Shown here piece after piece: positions 49,923 to 57,982 of a DNA stretch of 64,000 nt. Position 1 is the first letter of the stretch. Each line of letters starts with the position of its first letter. Below the pieces are notes generated by a model. That model saw nothing but the letters and a program-made list of their open reading frames with translations. It ran no database searches and was not told the DNA's origin. Made by a program: the position numbers and the translations under genes. Source of the stretch: Alphaproteobacteria bacterium (GTDB lineage: Bacteria; Pseudomonadota; Alphaproteobacteria; RF32; CAG-239); contig CAAFZY010000021.1 of assembly GCA_900767645.1 (NCBI GenBank), positions 11,137 through 75,136 on the forward strand. The letters are read 5' to 3'.

Positions 49923-51325
49923 ATTTTAACCCCGCTTATCAGCCACAATGCCTCATTAAACAAAACTTCAGGATAAAAGACTATACTTAAACACAATAAA
50001 ATATTAAGCATAATCAAGATATAGATTATCGGCTCGGTGCGATCAATGCCGATGGCGGCAGGCGCAAAAAAGACGGTGCGAAAAATTTGCATAAATGCCG
50101 GCAAAATAATGATTATGGCAAGCATCACCGCCGCCATGATTAAGTATTGCTCATTAAGTGCCAAATAATTAAGCGTATTCCATGTTGCAAAAAACATCGG
50201 CAACGGTGAAATAAGCATTAACGTCAGCATAAAAAATAATAACGCCGCAGCTAAAAACGACTTGTTTCGGGCAACTCCGCTTAATGTATTTAAATTTGCC
50301 AGATATTCGCCGTTACGCTTAAACGCAAAAAGAACCGTGTATATACCGGCCATTACCAGTGTGTATATTTGTACATAACCCATGCTTGCCGCCACATTTT
50401 CAGCTTTAAAAGGAGCAATCAAAATTAACATTATTCCCAAATTAAGCAAACCGGCAAATGAAAAAATTCGACGCATGTTGCGGCTGGTATTGGCGCCGAA
50501 CGCTCCGATAAGCATTGATATTAAGCCGAAAGTCAAATAAATGTTTTGCAAATTTTCAGCAAGCGGCGCAAACAGCAATATATTTATTTTGATAAAACCA
50601 ACCCATAAAGCAATGTGAGGAACAAAGGCAAAATATGCGGCAACCGGCAAAACCGCCAAACCTGAAACATCAGAGTTCCAAAAATGAAGCGGAGCAATAC
50701 CCAACATAAAAACAAATATCAACAACAAGCCGATAGCGGTTAAAAAGAGCATATTTGCGGGCATTTGAGAAATTTGTTCGGCAGCGGTTGCGTAGCTTAA
50801 CCCTTGAGGATAAAGGATTAATACCGCAATTAACGCCAATAATATAAAAAACAACACGCTCAACCCGTAACGTCCGCTGATATTATGAAATTCTTCATTT
50901 TCTTGGCTGAAGCGCAAAAATAAATATTGCAACATTGCCAAACCGACAAGCGCGGCAACCATAATATCAAGCCGTACGGTATACAAAAGCAAATTAAAAC
51001 AAAACAACAACAAAAGCGTTGATGAACAAAAACGAAACGCCGGCAGTTTTTCAGTTGTGAACCACTTTAATGCAAGCAGAAGCCACACTAAAAATGCCGA
51101 TGAAGTTAAAACATAGGCAATCGTAGTTAAAATATCCGCGGTAAAACAGGTAGGAAAAATATAATTACGATTCCACACCGAAACAGCCATACTCAGCAAA
51201 ACAAACATTTTGGCGGCAAAAAAGTATTCTTTGGCGGAAGTGTCGCCCCATAAACGACGAAGCAATAAATACAGCACACCAATCGGTAAAACAGAAAATT
51301 GCAGAATTTCAAGTAAATATGCCAT
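49919..51325 (-). CDS. NuoN-like antiporter-type membrane subunit (divergent)
   Basis: Polytopic, 468 aa. APLHFWNSDV aligns with NuoN PFHMWVPDVY. It sits immediately upstream of birA-rnj, as nuoN does in many Alphaproteobacteria. Confidence 0.6.
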   Translation of the reverse strand: MAYLLEILQFSVLPIGVLYLLLRRLWGDTSAKEYFFAAKMFVLLSMAVSVWNRNYIFPTCFTADILTTIAYVLTSSAFLVWLLLALKWFTTEKLPAFRFCSSTLLLLFCFNLLLYTVRLDIMVAALVGLAMLQYLFLRFSQENEEFHNISGRYGLSVLFFILLALIAVLILYPQGLSYATAAEQISQMPANMLFLTAIGLLLIFVFMLGIAPLHFWNSDVSGLAVLPVAAYFAFVPHIALWVGFIKINILLFAPLAENLQNIYLTFGLISMLIGAFGANTSRNMRRIFSFAGLLNLGIMLILIAPFKAENVAASMGYVQIYTLVMAGIYTVLFAFKRNGEYLANLNTLSGVARNKSFLAAALLFFMLTLMLISPLPMFFATWNTLNYLALNEQYLIMAAVMLAIIIILPAFMQIFRTVFFAPAAIGIDRTEPIIYILIMLNILLCLSIVFYPEVLFNEALWLISGVKI

Positions 51326-51337
51326 TATATTCTCCGC

Positions 51338-52747
51338 TTAAAAGACAAACCACAACGGTTTTATAAAAGACAACAGTAAAATTGCAAGCACTACAACGGC
51401 GGCAAAAAACTGAATATTATCAATATCCGAAACTTTTACATCAACTGCATCAAGGCACGATTTGTCTTTTAAGGCGTACAAATTTTGCAACATAAACACC
51501 GCCGCAAGCAAAAGCGTAAATACCGCGACAGTTCCGATGTAAACGTTAGCGGTTAAGATTTGCGAAACAATAATAAAATTGTTCCAAAACAAAGCTGAAA
51601 CCGGAAAACCGATTGCCGCCAACAATAAGGCTCCGTAGGCAAACGAAGCTTTAGGCTGAAAGCACAAAACACCTTCGGGAGAACCGGAAGTTTTTTCGCC
51701 CTGCTCTTCAATGTGAAAAACCAACATGGAAAGTGCCGCAAACATCAGTAAAAAGGCAAATAAGGAATAGGCAAGATTGCGTTGCAAAATGGTGGTGGGT
51801 GTAAAAATGCCTAACAGATAAAGCAAATAATAAATAAAGATGTATGAAAACAATTTATCACGCAACTTTAATGAGCTGTAACCTACAAAAGCCAAATAAA
51901 GCATTGTCAAAATGCAAAAAAATTCAAATACAGGCGCCAATGATGATATTTGTTCTGGAATTTCCGCCGGCCAAAAACGCATAAATCCGAACAAACCGGA
52001 AATCGGCAATATACTTGCGCATATAAAGGTTAAAGAATTGCGTAAACCGGTATTGACAGAGCTTATCCAGTAATGAAACGGCCACACCGGTATACGAAAC
52101 ATAAAGGCCAGAAAAATACCGCTCCAAATTAAAATTCCGTGTTGCGAATCTATGTTTATTTCAGAAATGCGATATAGCGGAATATTGCCGTTTTCATAAG
52201 CATAAAGCATTACTACCGGCAACAACAGTAAAACCGAGCCGATAAAATTATACATAAAAAAGCGACTGGCAATTTGATTTTTGCCGTTTAAGCCGATTTG
52301 CATAAAAAGCGGCGGAATCAGCAAAACAAAAAAGGTATAAAAAGAAAACAAATCCAAGGCTGAACAGAATCCGCCGAAACAGCACAATAAAATTAAGCAA
52401 AACGCAATTTCGGCCTTTTGAGATTGTTTCCTGATACCGAGAACGCCTATTAAAAACGCAAAATGAATTCCAAGCAACAAGGTAAGAGCAAACACATCAG
52501 TGCCCAAAACAATGGTAACCTGAGGAATAATCCGCCAATTGTATTTATGAATAAACTGAAAACCGTCATCAGATATATTTATTTGCGAAAACAGCAATAA
52601 AAGCAACATTATATTGCAAATAATCGTCCAAACGGCAACATTTACGGCGTTTGGCGCGCCGGTTGTGGTTTCAGCACGCGAAAAAACGGAAAACAGACCT
52701 CCCAACAGCGGTAACAATATAACAGCCAACAGCAAATTTTCAGTCAT
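51338..52747 (-). CDS. NuoM-like antiporter-type membrane subunit (divergent)
   Basis: IPVWPFHYW aligns with NuoM PMFPFHTW. The start was trimmed to MTENLLL, giving a TGATG overlap with the upstream gene. Confidence 0.6.
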   Translation of the reverse strand: MTENLLLAVILLPLLGGLFSVFSRAETTTGAPNAVNVAVWTIICNIMLLLLLFSQINISDDGFQFIHKYNWRIIPQVTIVLGTDVFALTLLLGIHFAFLIGVLGIRKQSQKAEIAFCLILLCCFGGFCSALDLFSFYTFFVLLIPPLFMQIGLNGKNQIASRFFMYNFIGSVLLLLPVVMLYAYENGNIPLYRISEINIDSQHGILIWSGIFLAFMFRIPVWPFHYWISSVNTGLRNSLTFICASILPISGLFGFMRFWPAEIPEQISSLAPVFEFFCILTMLYLAFVGYSSLKLRDKLFSYIFIYYLLYLLGIFTPTTILQRNLAYSLFAFLLMFAALSMLVFHIEEQGEKTSGSPEGVLCFQPKASFAYGALLLAAIGFPVSALFWNNFIIVSQILTANVYIGTVAVFTLLLAAVFMLQNLYALKDKSCLDAVDVKVSDIDNIQFFAAVVVLAILLLSFIKPLWFVF

Positions 52748-54414
52748 CAGCCGTTTCTCCTTATTATAAACCATGCGCAAATAACTAAAGACAGCGCCGT
52801 AAACAATAAATAGCATATGGCATTAAGGCGGCTGACTTTACGGAATGTGCGAATCGTAATATCGCTTAACAAATTACTCAGCATCAGCAAGGTTTTTTCA
52901 AAAAACATAAAATCAACAAACACCGCAAGCGTTTTGCCGATGGCTTTCATAGGCTTTACAAACAACGCATTATAAAGATGCGGAAAAATATCAATACTTT
53001 GCAAACGGTTACAAAACGAATCGTCTTTATCAAAACAACGAAACGGGAAAATCAATATTAAAAGTACAAAAAAAGTTACACCGGCTGCTCCGAAGCGCCA
53101 ATTGTTTTGTTCAAAACGAGCAATTAATGATAAGGCGACCAATGCGCCAAACAAAACAAGAAGCGGCGAACGATCGAATTTTACTTTTAAAAATTTAGGT
53201 TTTACAAGACGATACACTTGGCGCAAGGTGTGTGACGAGCCAAGCAGAAACGCAAACGCAAATCCGCCGAGCCAGATTCGGAAAACGGCATTGCAATATG
53301 AACCCAAAAGCATACCGAGTACGCTTACCGCCATTATCCACAACAGCGAAACTCCGATAAAAGGAACCGGATTGCATGGCCTTATTTCAGAAGAGCCCAC
53401 TAAATTATTTTTACGGCTGATATAATAATGAAGGTAGTAAAAACAAATATTAATCAAAAAGCTGTTGATTATGACAAACGAAAATTTGCTATTCCAAACA
53501 AAATCAGGCAACGATGCAATTTTTATCAATAAAGAAATAAGCATCATATTAAAATATACTAATTTTTCTTTCAGGTTGTTCATAATCACCGCACCCATTG
53601 CTCCCCATGCCACAGTCAACACAACAGCAATATCCACAATCGGCAAAAAAGCAGTAAATTCAGATAAAAAACCAAACAACTTAACAAATAAGATTAATGC
53701 GGCTGCAGGCGATGATAAATAAAAAAGCATAATCAGTCGATGAAAACGAGCGCTTTTTAAGTCAAGGAAACAGGTATGAAAAACAAAAAATCCCAACTTA
53801 ATAAACAGGCTGATTAAAATAATCAGCGCCGCAAAATCATGATGAGGAACATTTACGGACGTTAAGCGTGAGATGGTAAGATTTTCAAGCCCGCCGCGGA
53901 GCAAGGCAAATGCTAAAAACAGGCCCATATCCGCCACCAAATTGTATATTGCATAACGACGACCGGCATTAATATCCTGAATAAACAACTGGCTTAAAAT
54001 ATCAATCACAAACACAAAAGTTATCAGCTGAATAAAATTACCGGCAGTAATAAGCATAGTAAGCGCGGCAAAATTTAAGCATATAAAGGCTGAAATATTT
54101 TTCTTTTGTGTTTCAAACCGAAAGGTTAAATTGTTGATTAATGAAAATAAAGTTATGGCAAAAAACGGAAACACCATACGATAATTACGCAATGATGAAT
54201 TAATATTTAAACGTATATCGCCGCTTAAAGAGGCGTCCCAAAGCACAAAAAACGACTCGGTCTGACCGTTTAACCATGAATTTATAAAAGCAAAAAACAA
54301 TATACCTGTAATTCCGGTGCAAAGCATGGTAATAATAAGGCTGTAACGCAAGCGCGTCTGCCATAGTGAGAAAAATCCAAGAACGGTCATCGTTATAACA
54401 ATTTCGGCAATCAT
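52747..54414 (-). CDS. NuoL-like antiporter-type membrane subunit (divergent)
   Basis: 555 aa. The C-terminal LYNALFVKPMKAIG aligns with E. coli NuoL LYDKVFVKPFLGIA. The central IKLGFFVFHTCFLD aligns with GKSAQLPLQTWLAD. Confidence 0.6.
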   Translation of the reverse strand: MIAEIVITMTVLGFFSLWQTRLRYSLIITMLCTGITGILFFAFINSWLNGQTESFFVLWDASLSGDIRLNINSSLRNYRMVFPFFAITLFSLINNLTFRFETQKKNISAFICLNFAALTMLITAGNFIQLITFVFVIDILSQLFIQDINAGRRYAIYNLVADMGLFLAFALLRGGLENLTISRLTSVNVPHHDFAALIILISLFIKLGFFVFHTCFLDLKSARFHRLIMLFYLSSPAAALILFVKLFGFLSEFTAFLPIVDIAVVLTVAWGAMGAVIMNNLKEKLVYFNMMLISLLIKIASLPDFVWNSKFSFVIINSFLINICFYYLHYYISRKNNLVGSSEIRPCNPVPFIGVSLLWIMAVSVLGMLLGSYCNAVFRIWLGGFAFAFLLGSSHTLRQVYRLVKPKFLKVKFDRSPLLVLFGALVALSLIARFEQNNWRFGAAGVTFFVLLILIFPFRCFDKDDSFCNRLQSIDIFPHLYNALFVKPMKAIGKTLAVFVDFMFFEKTLLMLSNLLSDITIRTFRKVSRLNAICYLLFTALSLVICAWFIIRRNG

Positions 54415-54472
54415 ATAATTTCCTAATAAAAAAGGGCTATTGCAGCCCTTTGAAAACGCTTATTATCAACAA

Positions 54473-54793
54473 TTAGTCCATTAACGATTTAACATCTTTA
54501 ACAATCCGCATCGGAGCTTTATATTCACGCACCACATCATCGTTTTCAATTTCAACAATTTGCAAAGATGTAACGCTTTTAAGCGGAATACGGGCGCCTT
54601 CAACAATATCTTCAAAATAGACAACGCTTTCATGGCTGCGATACAAAAGCGCATATTGCGAGCCGTCATAAACAAACAAGGGGGTTTCTGGTCCGCCGTT
54701 GCATTGTTGAATGATAATTAAAATTTCGCCTTTATCATTTTGCAGAATGTCATATCTGTTATTTTTATTTGTTGAGCCTGTATTTTCAGCCAT
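54473..54793 (-). CDS. hypothetical soluble protein (106 aa), first gene of the NuoLMN-like operon
   Basis: ATG with a GAGG RBS 7 nt upstream. I recognised no motifs. Confidence 0.45.
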   Translation of the reverse strand: MAENTGSTNKNNRYDILQNDKGEILIIIQQCNGGPETPLFVYDGSQYALLYRSHESVVYFEDIVEGARIPLKSVTSLQIVEIENDDVVREYKAPMRIVKDVKSLMD

Positions 54794-54903
54794 TTCAAAC
54801 CTCATTTAAGTTAATTCAGCTTATCAATTGTAAGTAACGTAACATATAATTATTAAGAAATAAACAGCAAATTCACTTTTTTTAACTTTTTTTTATTTTT
54901 CTA

Positions 54904-54932
54904 TTGACAGGGCATTTTTTATATTTTATATA
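54904..54932 (+). promoter_or_regulatory. sigma70-type promoter for tRNA-Lys
   Basis: TTGACA, 17-nt spacer, TATATA, 17 nt before the tRNA 5' end. Confidence 0.5.
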
Positions 54933-54948
54933 CTTGCTCATTGCGTGA

Positions 54949-55024
54949 GGGCTCGTAGCTCAGTTGGTAGAGCATTTGACTTTTAATCAAAGGGTCATGG
55001 GTTCGAATCCCGTCGGGCTCACCA
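54949..55024 (+). tRNA. tRNA-Lys (anticodon UUU)
   Basis: I folded the cloverleaf by hand: anticodon loop CTTTTAA, GTTCGAATC T-loop and encoded CCA. Confidence 0.92.
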
Positions 55025-55025
55025 A

Positions 55026-55058
55026 TAAAAAAGGTCACCTTTTAAGGTGGCCTTTTTT
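55026..55058 (+). terminator. rho-independent terminator T1 after tRNA-Lys
   Basis: ggtcacct-ttta-aggtggcc followed by T6. It is part of a 46-nt palindrome (55020-55065) that includes the tRNA 3' end. Confidence 0.75.
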
Positions 55059-55060
55059 AT

Positions 55061-55200
55061 TGGTGAACTCGTGCGATGCTGAAGAGCCCATCGGTTCGGA
55101 GCGGATAGTTGGTGAAAACGAGCTTGAAAAGCGAAGTTTGAACCTTACGGCGCGAGGAGGACCCGCTTGCGGGAGTACCCTATCCCGTCGCACTTGAGCA
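55061..55200 (+). ncRNA. candidate structured RNA or integration scar between two copies of the same terminator (class unassigned)
   Basis: Closing helix 55068-55078 with 55086-55098 (11 bp, one 2-nt bulge). Inner helix 55103-55108 with 55180-55185. Hairpins at 55084-55097 and 55162-55173. No promoter of its own is visible. Confidence 0.3.
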
Positions 55201-55213
55201 TTTTACTTATATC

Positions 55214-55241
55214 AAAGGTCACCTTTTAAGGTGGCCTTTTT
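55214..55241 (+). terminator. terminator T2, a near-exact copy of T1
   Basis: About 25 nt (aaggtcaccttttaaggtggccttttt) identical to T1. It is preceded by atcccgtcg, which copies part of the tRNA-Lys T-arm/acceptor. Confidence 0.7.
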
Positions 55242-55255
55242 AATGTTTTCATTTA

Positions 55256-55284
55256 TTGACAAAACGGCGTTTTTCGGATAATAT
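55256..55284 (+). promoter_or_regulatory. sigma70-type promoter for the 587-aa membrane protein gene
   Basis: TTGACA, 17-nt spacer, TAATAT. The ORF-track start at 55256 is this -35 box. Confidence 0.55.
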
Positions 55285-55372
55285 TAGCGTTAAGAAACAA
55301 ATTTTTATAATATTATTTTATGAGGTGGACCTAAGGACTCCATGCGCGCCTCTTATTCAAAGCGCAAACAAT

Positions 55373-57133
55373 ATGATTATGGCAACATATTTCGTATTTT
55401 CGGTTATTTTAACCGCGGCATACTTTATTTTTAACCTGTTGGTTAAAAAGCCGGAAAAGAAATCCACATGGGTGTGGGTAAGTGTCGTTTCTGTCGTAAT
55501 CGGCGGAGCGTTTATGCTACTTAACTACTTTGCTATGCCGACATTCTCGTGGAAACGGGTGCCGATGTATCTGGAAATCGTCATCTTTATGTGGATGACG
55601 TTGGCATGTACGGCGGCGCGATTGGACTATGCTTATGAAAATAAGCTGTGGCGCGGTGGCCTTATCACAGCAACCATCAGTGTCTTGTTGCTCATTTTTG
55701 CCGGTATTTACACGTGGGACCTTTTCCACGCTAAGTATCAGCAGAATTTACTACAGGTTGAAATGGTTGAAAACAGCGATGAAGAGAAAATTGTTTCTCC
55801 GATTCAGGTAGAAAAGATCTGCACTGTAAGCCCGCAAGTGGCAGAGCGTGTTATCTTGACTAAAATGGGTGACTTAAAAAACACCTATGAGCTTGGCGAG
55901 ATGACTAAGCAGTCATTTACCGGCGATTTTATCGCCACCACAAACGATGGCAAGCAGGTGCATATCTGCTACACCGACCAGTTGGTGTACGTTGCTCCGC
56001 TTGAGCACCGCACAGTGTTCACTTGGGCAAAACAGCCATACGCTCCGGCATACGTATTTGTTGATGCCTCTGATGAGGATAAAGCATACGTTATTACCGA
56101 GGTTAACGGCGAGCCGGTAAAGTTGGTATACACCAACGGCGCTAATTTCGGCACCAACCTCGAAAGGCACTTGCGCTCTAACGGTTACACATCAACTTTG
56201 CTTGATGACTTTAATATGGAACTTGATGAAAACGGTCGTCCGTTTTCGCCTGTTACCACATTAAAAAACACCGTCGGGTTGTCTACTCAAGTGGTAACCG
56301 GAGTTGCCGTGGTTGACATGCAAACCGGAGAAATCAACTGGTACACACCGGAAGACGCTCCCAGCTTTGTCAACTGCATTCAGCCGGAATGGCTTGTTTA
56401 TGAGCGTCTCTATACTTGGGGCGACTATATAAACGGCTATATCCACTGGAGCAACAAAAACGGCCTGCTCCGCGCTTGTAGTGGTATGGATATTGTTCAG
56501 ACTGAGGACGGGTGCTGCTATTATGTAGGCATTCAGGCTCAAAACGATTCTATCGGTACCCAAGGGTACATGTTGATAGATATCCGCTCCGGCGCCGCTA
56601 AGTATTTTAAGCGAACCGGCATATCTGAACAGGAGGCTGCTCGAGTGCTTGAAGCCAATACTGACTTAAACCTTGAAATGAATCAGGGCGTGCTTTGTTT
56701 GACCGAACCGATATTCTATAATATCGAAGGCTTGAAAACTTATTTCAGCACCTATGTGTCAAGTAAAGACTACACAGTTAAGTATTACGGCTTCTGCAGC
56801 GCTGACGACAAGTCGGTTTGGGGATACGGGACAACTCTTGAAGAAGCTAAAGCTTCTTACCTTGCGTCTTTTTACAAAGAAAGCGCAAACAAGAGCGTTA
56901 AGTTCCAGACCGCCGATGTACAGTCGGTTATCAGCATTGAGGCTAAAGTGCTTGAAAAAGTTCAGGAAGGCAATGCTTATTACTTCCGCTTGGAAGAACA
57001 AGAAGGCAAAACCTTTTATGCTTATTCAAGCATAATTCCGGAAGTCCGCTGGTCCGCAAAAAAAATCAAAGTTTCATTCAACAAAACTGACAGCAATATT
57101 ATTGCCATCAGCTCTTATCAAAAAGTTGAATAA
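55373..57133 (+). CDS. membrane protein with about 4 N-terminal TM helices and a ~470-aa extracytoplasmic-looking domain, unknown function
   Basis: First in-frame ATG is just before TM1 (MIMATYFVFSVIL). There is no clear SD, so the start is uncertain. Spot counts give 47-53% GC. Confidence 0.6.
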   Translation: MIMATYFVFSVILTAAYFIFNLLVKKPEKKSTWVWVSVVSVVIGGAFMLLNYFAMPTFSWKRVPMYLEIVIFMWMTLACTAARLDYAYENKLWRGGLITATISVLLLIFAGIYTWDLFHAKYQQNLLQVEMVENSDEEKIVSPIQVEKICTVSPQVAERVILTKMGDLKNTYELGEMTKQSFTGDFIATTNDGKQVHICYTDQLVYVAPLEHRTVFTWAKQPYAPAYVFVDASDEDKAYVITEVNGEPVKLVYTNGANFGTNLERHLRSNGYTSTLLDDFNMELDENGRPFSPVTTLKNTVGLSTQVVTGVAVVDMQTGEINWYTPEDAPSFVNCIQPEWLVYERLYTWGDYINGYIHWSNKNGLLRACSGMDIVQTEDGCCYYVGIQAQNDSIGTQGYMLIDIRSGAAKYFKRTGISEQEAARVLEANTDLNLEMNQGVLCLTEPIFYNIEGLKTYFSTYVSSKDYTVKYYGFCSADDKSVWGYGTTLEEAKASYLASFYKESANKSVKFQTADVQSVISIEAKVLEKVQEGNAYYFRLEEQEGKTFYAYSSIIPEVRWSAKKIKVSFNKTDSNIIAISSYQKVE

Positions 57134-57149
57134 CTTGATTAACTTTAGA

Positions 57150-57186
57150 AGATACCCTTACGTTTTTGCGTAAGGGTATCTTTTTA
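57150..57186 (+). terminator. rho-independent terminator
   Basis: 12-bp perfect stem gatacccttacg/cgtaagggtatc followed by TTTTT. Confidence 0.8.
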
Positions 57187-57257
57187 TATTGCAAAAGAAA
57201 AGCTTTCAAGATATTCTAATGACAAAGAATATTATTAACGCTTAAACTATTGTAATT

Positions 57258-57737
57258 ATGAACGGATATATAGAAACCAGAGTTGTTTTAGGACTCATTA
57301 TTTTGCTGAATTTAACAATTGCATACGGAAGCAATGCAGTTCATCGACACATAAGCAAGCGCTTATGGAACGGATTATTTATTGTTCAAGCAGTGGCAGT
57401 AACCTTATATATACTCCTTAATGATATTGTCACCCCGATTCAAAACGTTGATTGTATGACAATATTCGGATATATATTTGTGTACTTTTTCATGTTTCTT
57501 GGATGGGCAAGTTGGTTGCCGAACACATTTTTGGAACCCGATACGGTTTATCTGATGGAACCTTGCGATATGTTCATATATAAAAACGAACATTATGTTT
57601 CAGGGGTTGTGAAAACAGGTCTGAAAGAAACGCATGTGTTGTTAAAAAACGAACCGCCTCGCCCGTTGCCGCAACAGCCGATTGCCGTAAAACTTTTGTG
57701 TATTTGTGACGGTTATATTTTTGTTACCGCAATTTGA
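57258..57737 (+). CDS. small membrane protein (3 TM helices plus a ~60-aa C-terminal domain), unknown function
   Basis: 159-aa ORF between two strong hairpins. I recognised no motifs. Confidence 0.5.
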   Translation: MNGYIETRVVLGLIILLNLTIAYGSNAVHRHISKRLWNGLFIVQAVAVTLYILLNDIVTPIQNVDCMTIFGYIFVYFFMFLGWASWLPNTFLEPDTVYLMEPCDMFIYKNEHYVSGVVKTGLKETHVLLKNEPPRPLPQQPIAVKLLCICDGYIFVTAI

Positions 57738-57778
57738 ACTTTAAGCGTATACTTGATATAAAGTATACGCTTAAAGTT
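57737..57778 (+). terminator. 18-bp perfect hairpin after the 159-aa gene (no T-run)
   Basis: aactttaagcgtatactt-gatata-aagtatacgcttaaagtt. Confidence 0.5.
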
Positions 57779-57785
57779 TATCTAT

Positions 57786-57980
57786 ACAACTTATGCACAG
57801 CATAGACTCGTAAATATTGCAAAAAAAAACGCGAGCTAAAATCTTTTCAAAACCAACTTTTTGAAATATTGCACCGACGACCTCACTTGTTTGCGCGACT
57901 TAACCATGGACGATATTTACACTTTATGCACCAATCATATTGGCGCAAACGACTCATTGTTTTCATATGCTTTTGATTAA
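57786..57980 (+). pseudogene. internally deleted pilin-like gene: upstream cassette fused to the last ~35 codons
   Basis: 57786-57864 matches the pilin cassette (A9 tract) up to ctttttga. The downstream frame reads CTDDLTCLRDLTMDDIYTLCTNHIGANDSLFSYAFD*, which aligns with the paralog B C-terminus CLNNMTLNDTDVACNICDGESCSLYVLYE*. Confidence 0.6.
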
Positions 57981-57982
57981 AA

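Noticed and set aside
49919-54414. Annotating the three antiporter-like genes as functional NADH:quinone oxidoreductase subunits nuoL, nuoM and nuoN.
   Set aside because: There are no nuoA-K genes adjacent, and by eye several conserved charged motifs are substituted. I call them only Nuo L/M/N-like.
54964-55197. 77-aa ORF in the ORF track.
   Set aside because: It starts inside tRNA-Lys and runs through the terminator hairpin and the structured segment. It has no RBS, so I treat it as spurious.
55061-55200. Assignment of the structured segment to a known RNA class: SRP/4.5S RNA, tmRNA, 6S RNA, RNase P RNA, or a cobalamin, FMN, ykkC or yybP riboswitch.
   Set aside because: I could not find the diagnostic motifs (the GGAA/AGCA SRP domain IV, the B12 box, the tmRNA tRNA-like end and so on). 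A separate consensus promoter for the downstream gene lies after the second terminator, which argues against a riboswitch leader. I left it unassigned.
55256-55372. ORF-track N-terminal extensions using TTG or upstream Met codons: 55256, 62142, 18159, 15708, 61494, 49237, 27007, 39777, 52816 and 6797.
   Set aside because: The extensions run through promoter boxes, RBS sequences or the upstream gene. Downstream ATGs have better RBS spacing or match family N-termini.
55342-55440. A small upstream ORF (MRASYSKRKQYDYGNIF...) with an AAGGA SD-like sequence, overlapping the start of the 587-aa membrane protein gene.
   Set aside because: It is about 30 codons long, out of frame, and has no supporting conservation that I can assess. 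I note it only as a reason the main start codon is uncertain.
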